A stretch of DNA of 64,000 nt, taken from positions 32,001 through 96,000 of the IMG/VR virus record IMGVR_UViG_3300028027_000002; one strand, written 5' to 3'. Below the pieces are notes generated by a model. The model did not search any database. It saw only the letters and a program-made list of their open reading frames with translations, and had not been told where the DNA came from. Below are positions 58,829 to 64,000 of the stretch, piece by piece. The stretch is from a virus. Each line of letters starts with the position of its first letter. Position 1 is the stretch's first letter. The position numbers and the translations under genes were made by a program.

Positions 58829-59619
58829 ATTTTTTTTGGTTTGAAAGATCAAATTCTTATGATATAAAAGAAATATCTTTAGAGTTAGAAAAATCTGGTT
58901 TTTATGGGGTTCTTTTGGTGTACTCGTTTTATAGTGATGATCAATTTGTAAAAATAGCAAATGCAATAGATGTAAATCAAAAAATAAAATATATGGTTGC
59001 CATAAGACCTCATGTTATATCTCCACAATATTTGTCTATGATAAACAATTCATTTCAAAAAATATCAAAAGACAGAATCATAATTAATTTTATAACTGGT
59101 TGGATATCGGAATATGACAAACAGGTGGGTGGAATTCAAGGTGAAGTAAATGACCTTTCTTCAAACCTAGAAAGATCTGAGAACTTGGTAGAATATTTAA
59201 AGGTTTTAAAAAATACCGCTGGAGAAACACCAAACTTTTATGTGTCTGTTACTAATCCTATTTTACTGGAAAAGGTTTCTGGCGATAAAGTTATTATTCC
59301 ATACCAGTCATACAAGCAAAACAATTTTAGCACTAATGATTCAAGCAAAATAATGATCTATATTTCTCCAGTAATAAGAAAAACAAGAGAAGAACTTTTA
59401 CCACTGATAGAAAAAAATACAAGAAGTGATGTTCAGCACTTTACCTTTGATGAGTTTGAAGCATTATTAAACGAATTAAAAAATAAAAATATAAACAATA
59501 TTTTAATGGACGAAGCAGAACCCAACGAATATATAGAAAAAAAGCACACGCTAAGTTTTGTTAGTTATTTTACTAACAAAGAAACAAATATCCTAGGAGG
59601 AAAAAATGACACACCATAA
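58825..59619 (+). CDS. Luciferase-like (SsuD-related) monooxygenase homolog, copy 2
   Basis: LEKSGFYGVL, IKYMVAIRP..ISPQY, RIIINFITG; paralog of 53330..54172. Confidence 0.65.
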   Translation: MNFFWFERSNSYDIKEISLELEKSGFYGVLLVYSFYSDDQFVKIANAIDVNQKIKYMVAIRPHVISPQYLSMINNSFQKISKDRIIINFITGWISEYDKQVGGIQGEVNDLSSNLERSENLVEYLKVLKNTAGETPNFYVSVTNPILLEKVSGDKVIIPYQSYKQNNFSTNDSSKIMIYISPVIRKTREELLPLIEKNTRSDVQHFTFDEFEALLNELKNKNINNILMDEAEPNEYIEKKHTLSFVSYFTNKETNILGGKNDTP

Positions 59620-59923
59620 CGAAACAAACTCACAGATCAAGGCAGCACTTGCATCATACGGACGCTCAGTCCTTGGTGCAGCAACAGCGATGTATGCATC
59701 TGGAGTTACAGATCCGCAGACACTAGCATACTCACTACTTGGAGCACTTGTGCCCGTAGTATTAAGAGCAGCCAACCCTAATGACAAGGCATTTGGAAAG
59801 ATGCCTTCAGTAGATGAGGTAGACGCAGCAGTTAAGTCTGCAAAGGTAGTAAAGAAGACCGCTAAGAAGGCTCCTGCAAAGAAGTCATCAGGCGGAGGCA
59901 AGACAACCAATCAAGTAAAATAA
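59606..59923 (+). CDS. Putative holin
   Basis: Two hydrophobic helices, NPND.AFG motif, basic C-tail; SD AGGAGG. Confidence 0.55.
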   Translation: MTHHNETNSQIKAALASYGRSVLGAATAMYASGVTDPQTLAYSLLGALVPVVLRAANPNDKAFGKMPSVDEVDAAVKSAKVVKKTAKKAPAKKSSGGGKTTNQVK

Positions 59924-59941
59924 TATAGTATAATTTATACT

Positions 59942-60057
59942 ATTCCGATCTAAGACTTTAAAAGGTTTTACAACGGATGCTCTTATGAGAAGAGAGTTAG
60001 CAGGAGTCGAACCTTCGTGGCTAATAGACCTGAGCAGTCGTCTATAAACTGCTCATT
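59942..60057 (+). ncRNA. Candidate structured ncRNA (three hairpins + 3' pseudoknot, copy 2)
   Basis: TATAAT 59929-59934; stems TCCG/CGGA, CTCTT/AAGAG, TTAGC/GCTAA; pseudoknot 60024-60055. Confidence 0.55.
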
Positions 60058-60076
60058 TCTTATGCTATAATATTAA

Positions 60077-60131
60077 TACCTGCCCAAATGGGGGGTAAAT
60101 TAACTTATTCGCTTGAAAGGGGAATAACATG
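60077..60131 (+). promoter_or_regulatory. ROSE-like RNA thermometer 5' UTR of hsp20
   Basis: Promoter TGCTATAAT 60063-60071; two hairpins, the second TTATTCGCTT/AAGGGGAATAA occluding the SD with a UCGCU motif. Confidence 0.55.
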
Positions 60132-60533
60132 GTAAAAACAGCACTGGATCTTTTTAATGATCCATTTTTCAATACCTTCTCAAATTTTCAGAAGGTAACA
60201 ACAACAACAAACTATCCACCTTATAACCAAATCAAACTAAATGATACAGAGTATATTCTTTCATTTGCCTTGGCTGGGTTCTCTAAGGATGATGTCTCAG
60301 TGTCGCTAGACAATCGCAAACTTACAATCAAGGGCGAGAAGCAGGATGCTGAGTTACCAGAGGGTGCGGAGTATCTACATAAGGGCATTGCTGCTCGTAA
60401 GTTTACTGATATCTTTACCCTTCCTGAGTTTGTTGAGGTAGTTGGGGCTGAGTTTAAGGATGGTATCTTAGATATCAGACTTGAAAAGCAGATCCCAGAA
60501 GACAAACTGCCAAAAACAATCGCAATTAAGTAG
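60129..60533 (+). CDS. Small heat shock protein (Hsp20/IbpA-like)
   Basis: YPPYN, ALAGFSK, YLHKGIAARKF, DGIL. Confidence 0.93.
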   Translation: MVKTALDLFNDPFFNTFSNFQKVTTTTNYPPYNQIKLNDTEYILSFALAGFSKDDVSVSLDNRKLTIKGEKQDAELPEGAEYLHKGIAARKFTDIFTLPEFVEVVGAEFKDGILDIRLEKQIPEDKLPKTIAIK

Positions 60534-60545
60534 TACAATATAAAT

Positions 60546-60630
60546 GTCCCCACACAGGACCTTAGTGATGGATTAGTTACCCATTGGATAGAGACCGTGG
60601 CGCAAGTCAGGTGAATTGCCTGTGTGGGGC
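60546..60630 (+). ncRNA. Candidate ~85-nt structured small RNA
   Basis: TACAAT 60534-60539 upstream; 11-bp closing stem CCCCACACAGG/CCTGTGTGGGG enclosing a multi-branch interior. Confidence 0.55.
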
Positions 60631-60657
60631 TTAATATTTGGCGGTATACTTAGATTA

Positions 60658-60927
60658 ATGACTGACAAAGAGTTAGACCATTATAATAAGCAGCAGTATA
60701 AAAAGATGCTTGCTAAAATAAAAGAAGATTCTGGCTGTGTAGATTGTGGTGTTGGTAACCATATAATTTTAGACTTTGATCACATAAGAGACAAAAAATA
60801 TAACATATCTAGAATGATCCACGATGGGTTTTCATGGAAGGCTATTAAGAAAGAGATAGAAAAGTGTGAGGTGGTTTGTGCCAACTGCCACAGAATAAGA
60901 ACACACAACAGACTTAATGAGCAGTAG
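60658..60927 (+). CDS. Small HNH endonuclease-like protein (leaderless)
   Basis: CVDCG...FDH...CANCH; TATACT ends 7 nt before the ATG. Confidence 0.8.
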   Translation: MTDKELDHYNKQQYKKMLAKIKEDSGCVDCGVGNHIILDFDHIRDKKYNISRMIHDGFSWKAIKKEIEKCEVVCANCHRIRTHNRLNEQ

Positions 60928-60941
60928 TATTTATTACTTAA

Positions 60942-61517
60942 CTATCTAGTCCACCAAGAAAGACTATATCGTGTTGTCTTCATAACCTCATTAACACCAT
61001 GCTCATATTCTTTATTGCCTGGATGCATTACGAGAGACAAAGGCTTTGGCTTAATAGATAAACCCTTTTGAGGATAGAATATTTCTCCGCCTTCATAATC
61101 ATCATTTAAATAAACAACAAACCCATGAGTTATTATTTTTTCTAATGGATTATATTGAGGATGATCTGGGTGAATTTCATCTGTGTGAACGCCAAGACCT
61201 GGACCTATTCTTCTAGAAACAGAGTTTATTGGTAGATAGTAGAACTCAGAAATCCCATACTCGCTAGAAAATATAGGCTTTGATCTATCCTGAAGCATAT
61301 ACATAAAATCATTATATTCTTTATATTTTTCTTTTAGATTAATTGAGTCAATTCTTAGTTGATTGCCATACCATTCTTTTAGACCAGATCCATCGTTGGA
61401 CCCATCCCAAAGTTTTGGATCCTCTGTGGCCAGAGCAAGAACATAGTCTGCTTCAGCCTGTGTTAAAAAGTCTTCAACTACTACAATTTCGTTGTCAAAA
61501 GGTCTTATTATATTCAT
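60942..61517 (-). CDS. 2OG-Fe(II) oxygenase (leaderless)
   Basis: HTD...YLNDDYEGG...H...R; TATAAT ends 6 nt before ATG 61517. Confidence 0.88.
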   Translation of the reverse strand: MNIIRPFDNEIVVVEDFLTQAEADYVLALATEDPKLWDGSNDGSGLKEWYGNQLRIDSINLKEKYKEYNDFMYMLQDRSKPIFSSEYGISEFYYLPINSVSRRIGPGLGVHTDEIHPDHPQYNPLEKIITHGFVVYLNDDYEGGEIFYPQKGLSIKPKPLSLVMHPGNKEYEHGVNEVMKTTRYSLSWWTR

Positions 61518-61559
61518 ACAACCATTATACACTATATAAGATTATGGTATACTGGATAT

Positions 61560-62438
61560 ATGTTAAAAGAAGGCGACTTTGTTATGGGATCAACCTCTGA
61601 GGGGGTTGTGCATGGTGTTATAGAGCACATTATGATAGAAGGCGGAGTATACGGAGTTCCTGGAACAGAGTATGCAATCCAGTCGATGCCACCAGATAAC
61701 CCAGCAATGGCTGTTAGAATTTACGAACAAGAAGATGGTGAGTGGGAGCCAACAGCGTACAGTATTGGTATGATGTATCAAGACGCTACAAAAGTAGAAA
61801 TGGAAACAAACACAATGGATTCAGAAACAGAAATGGCTATGTTTGATGCACAAATAGGCAAGACAGATGATTCAATGATGCCAACAAATACCTATCAAAG
61901 CAACAAGCAGGCACCGTGCTGGGATGGATATGTACAGCGTGGAATGAAGCCAGGAGCAGACGGAGGTCCAGTTCCTAACTGTGTTCCTGCTGCAAAAGCA
62001 GATGATCTATTTGAAGATGACGACACAGTTGAATACGATACAGACACAGTATCAAAGGCTGAAGGTTACTCTCCACCAGCAGGAGCAAGATCTGCTGCTC
62101 GTAGAGCAATTAAGTTTAAAGAAGATGGAAAGGCTAATGGTGCAGGAACTGCAGTTGGCTGGACTCGTGCAGGGCAGTTAGCAAGAGGAGAATCAATCTC
62201 TCTAAGTACTGTTAAGAGAATGTACTCATACTTCTCACGACATGAAGTAGACAAGAAGGGCAAGGACTGGGGTAACTCAGAAAACCCATCTAACGGATAC
62301 ATAATGTGGCTTGCATGGGGTGGAGACGCAGGCTATTCATGGTCAAGAGGAATTGCTAATCGTGAAAGAGACAAGTCTCTGTTTGCTGATTTTGGTAAAG
62401 ATTACACAAAAGTACAAACAGAAAGACACTCACTATAA
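61560..62438 (+). CDS. Modular hypothetical protein, possible internal head protein (leaderless)
   Basis: N-terminal beta domain; PCWDGY...VPNCVP module; RAGQLA..TVKRM.SYFSRH..AWGGDAG module. Confidence 0.65.
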   Translation: MLKEGDFVMGSTSEGVVHGVIEHIMIEGGVYGVPGTEYAIQSMPPDNPAMAVRIYEQEDGEWEPTAYSIGMMYQDATKVEMETNTMDSETEMAMFDAQIGKTDDSMMPTNTYQSNKQAPCWDGYVQRGMKPGADGGPVPNCVPAAKADDLFEDDDTVEYDTDTVSKAEGYSPPAGARSAARRAIKFKEDGKANGAGTAVGWTRAGQLARGESISLSTVKRMYSYFSRHEVDKKGKDWGNSENPSNGYIMWLAWGGDAGYSWSRGIANRERDKSLFADFGKDYTKVQTERHSL

Positions 62439-62566
62439 TGCCAAAGAAAAAAGCATCAGCATTTAATCCTGTTCAGATCAAAGATGGCTGGATTGTTAGA
62501 CTATATAAAGATGGACGAGTAAAGTCTAAGATAGCACCATACGAACCAAAACATCCTACAAAGTAA
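62438..62566 (+). CDS. 42-aa basic protein (not in ORF track)
   Basis: MPKKKASAFNPVQIKDGWIVRLYKDGRVK; TAATG coupling. Confidence 0.6.
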   Translation: MPKKKASAFNPVQIKDGWIVRLYKDGRVKSKIAPYEPKHPTK

Positions 62567-62568
62567 AG

Positions 62569-62640
62569 CACCCCTGGCAGGAATCGAACCTGCGACAAAC
62601 GGATTAGAAGTCCGCTACTCTTCCGCTGAGTTACAGAGGT
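62569..62640 (-). tRNA. tRNA-Arg(UCU)
   Basis: Reverse-strand cloverleaf; anticodon arm GCGGA-CTTCTAA-TCCGT; T arm GCAGG-TTCGATT-CCTGC. Confidence 0.9.
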
Positions 62641-62644
62641 ATTG

Positions 62645-62717
62645 TATCTCCAACGGAATTCGAATCCGTGTTGCTGCCGTGAAAGGGCAGAGTCCTAGGC
62701 CACTAGACGATGAAGAC
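62645..62717 (-). tRNA. tRNA-Glu(UUC)
   Basis: CTGCC-CTTTCAC-GGCAG; T arm ACGGA-TTCGAAT-TCCGT. Confidence 0.9.
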
Positions 62718-62721
62718 TTAG

Positions 62722-62795
62722 TACATCTGGAAGGACTTGAACCTTCGGCTCTCTGCATATAAGGCAGGTACTCTAACCAACTGAGTTACAGATGT
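62722..62795 (-). tRNA. tRNA-Ile(UAU)
   Basis: Perfect ACATCTG/CAGATGT acceptor; anticodon loop CT-TAT-AT; T arm GAAGG-TTCAAGT-CCTTC. Confidence 0.85.
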
Positions 62796-62799
62796 GTAG

Positions 62800-62874
62800 T
62801 ACACCAGGTAGGACTTGAACCTACGAATAACCGAATTATGAGTTCGGGGCCTTAACCAACTTGGCTACTGGTGC
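62800..62874 (-). tRNA. tRNA with CAU anticodon (elongator Met or Ile2)
   Basis: CCGAA-CTCATAA-TTCGG; paired 1:72 and no GGG/CCC anticodon stem, so not an initiator. Confidence 0.88.
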
Positions 62875-62880
62875 TAGACC

Positions 62881-63024
62881 TTATGATACTAGTATGCCAA
62901 GAAGCATTCCAATTATGAAACATAGTGTTCCAACTGTCCAGTGATAATATGTTTTCATATGCTCTTTGATAATATAACGCTTTAAATCTTTTGATATTTT
63001 TTCAAACTCTTTATTGTATGTCAT
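62881..63024 (-). CDS. 47-aa membrane protein upstream of tRNA cluster (not in ORF track; leaderless)
   Basis: MTYNKEF...WTVGTLCFIIGMLLGILVS; consensus promoter ends 6 nt upstream. Confidence 0.6.
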   Translation of the reverse strand: MTYNKEFEKISKDLKRYIIKEHMKTYYHWTVGTLCFIIGMLLGILVS

Positions 63025-63030
63025 ATACTA

Positions 63031-63059
63031 AGTATATCAAAAAGAATTACCATTGTCAA
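63031..63059 (-). promoter_or_regulatory. Consensus sigmaA promoter driving the small ORF and tRNA cluster
   Basis: TTGACA-17 nt-TATACT on the minus strand. Confidence 0.8.
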
Positions 63060-63187
63060 TTCTTGTCTGTGTTTTTTAAATCAACACTGTCTTTTGTTTC
63101 GTCTGCAGGGTTTTTGACTATCTTATCATTGTGAGTGCCATCACAATATGGATATATTTTTGATCTACCACAGGTACATTGTCTCAT
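63056..63187 (-). CDS. CDGSH iron-sulfur protein (43 aa, not in ORF track; leaderless)
   Basis: CTCGRSKIYPYCDGTH matches C-x-C-x2-S-x3-P-x-C-D-G-[ST]-H. Confidence 0.85.
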   Translation of the reverse strand: MRQCTCGRSKIYPYCDGTHNDKIVKNPADETKDSVDLKNTDKN

Positions 63188-63193
63188 TATTTA

Positions 63194-63222
63194 ATTGTAT
63201 CACATGCGAAACAACTAGTCAA
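63194..63222 (-). promoter_or_regulatory. SigmaA promoter for the CDGSH gene
   Basis: TTGACT-17 nt-TACAAT with extended TG; ATG 6 nt downstream. Confidence 0.7.
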
Positions 63223-63236
63223 GGTGTATTTTTTAT

Positions 63237-63896
63237 TTAGTACTTATTGTTTTCGTAAAAATCTTTTGTCTTAATAAATCCAACAACAACATATCTCATT
63301 GGTCCATCTTTAACAAAATTTACACCATGATGAAACTCTTCTGAGCCTGGGAATATTACCAGGGTTCCTGGTTTTGGTTTTAGTGTTACATTAATTTTAT
63401 CAAAGAACAATTCTCCACCAACATAGTCATCATTTAGGTATAGGATAGCAGCGTACTGAATGGATGGGTCCGTATCCTGGTCCGTATGAGCATACAGTTG
63501 AACACCAGCATACATTCTTTGTAATATGTTAGTGCCGTTTACTATTAAATTTGGATCTGCCATTTGAATAATGCTAACTATTTTATCGTCTATCTTTTTT
63601 GTAACATAATGATCTGAAATAGCAAGATTTTTATCTGTCCAGTTTTGAGTAATTTGCAATTTACCCTCTGCAACAAGATTGTCTATGTCATCTCTTCCAT
63701 GCTTAAGTTTTGCAAATGCTTTTAAATTGTTTAGATAAATTTGTCCCCACTGCTCTTCAGTAGTGTTATTGATAACATCAAACAAACTATCTATATCTTC
63801 TTTAGATATGAAGTTTTCTATTGAAAGTATCCCGTTTGACACTTCCTCAAACTTTATTCCAAGTTCAGTTAACTCTTTAGAAAAAAATGTACTCAT
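63237..63896 (-). CDS. 2OG-Fe(II) oxygenase (leaderless)
   Basis: HTD...YLNDDYVGG...FPG...HGV...R; TGGTATCAT ends 6 nt before the ATG. Confidence 0.88.
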   Translation of the reverse strand: MSTFFSKELTELGIKFEEVSNGILSIENFISKEDIDSLFDVINNTTEEQWGQIYLNNLKAFAKLKHGRDDIDNLVAEGKLQITQNWTDKNLAISDHYVTKKIDDKIVSIIQMADPNLIVNGTNILQRMYAGVQLYAHTDQDTDPSIQYAAILYLNDDYVGGELFFDKINVTLKPKPGTLVIFPGSEEFHHGVNFVKDGPMRYVVVGFIKTKDFYENNKY

Positions 63897-63923
63897 ATAC
63901 TAATGATACCACATATTGAAATA

Positions 63924-64000
63924 TTAGGATTTATCCCCATCCCATGTCCCAATTTTGGTTGTAGAAATCCCGTACTCTTCCCAAAGTCTTATAACATTTG
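63924..64000 (-). CDS. 3' end of a gene truncated by the window (possibly a PNK-phosphatase-like HAD protein)
   Basis: Reads NVIRLWEEYGISTTKIGTWDGDKS*. Confidence 0.35.
   Translation of the reverse strand, partial: NVIRLWEEYGISTTKIGTWDGDKS

Noticed and set aside
59997-60024. Minus-strand GAAGGTTCGACTCCTGC resembling a tRNA T arm
   Set aside because: No D arm, anticodon arm or acceptor stem around it; better explained as the complement of a plus-strand hairpin.
60546-60630. SRP RNA, c-di-GMP riboswitch or simple terminator
   Set aside because: Only short word matches (GTCAGGT, GCGCAA); no GGAA domain-IV or GEMM core; loop too large and no U tract for a terminator.
1-64000. Stop-codon reassignment, integrase/att site, or diversity-generating retroelement
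   Set aside because: Standard code gives dense full-length ORFs; no suppressor tRNA, integrase, reverse transcriptase or template/variable repeat pair seen in the window.

Overview
This 64 kb window is part of an AT-rich (roughly 35-40% GC by eye) long-tailed dsDNA phage genome read in the standard genetic code. The host is most likely an actinobacterium, plausibly a low-GC freshwater one. This is an inference from the WhiB gene, many leaderless genes, a DnaE-type polymerase, CCA-less tRNAs and an actinobacterial-style surface protein. Layout: 1-31.2 kb virion genes (portal, protease/scaffold, capsid, neck, tail tube, two chaperones, 3491-aa tape measure, tail tip); 31.2-43 kb replication and recombination (DnaB, primase, SSB, DnaE, RecA, Cas4-like, RuvC-like); 43-46 kb terminase; 46-64 kb accessory region (secreted/surface proteins, proteases, CHAP lysin, CysC-nucleotidyltransferase fusion with three DUF2061 genes, two luciferase-like monooxygenases, three of the four 2OG-Fe(II) oxygenases, WhiB, Hsp20, CDGSH, five tRNAs). 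Main unexplained signals: (1) the G/GT tail-chaperone pair appears to be encoded by a gene duplication with separate promoters rather than the usual frameshift; (2) an RNA layer: two covarying copies of a ~30-nt H-type pseudoknot, two promoter-driven structured ncRNA candidates flanking hsp20, a ROSE-like thermometer and promoters sitting inside hairpins; (3) a cell-surface module whose largest gene seems to start at ATT; (4) a compact PAPS-synthase-like/DUF2061 cluster; (5) a rare tRNA-Ile(UAU). All calls come from motifs read by eye; no database searches or folding programs were run.
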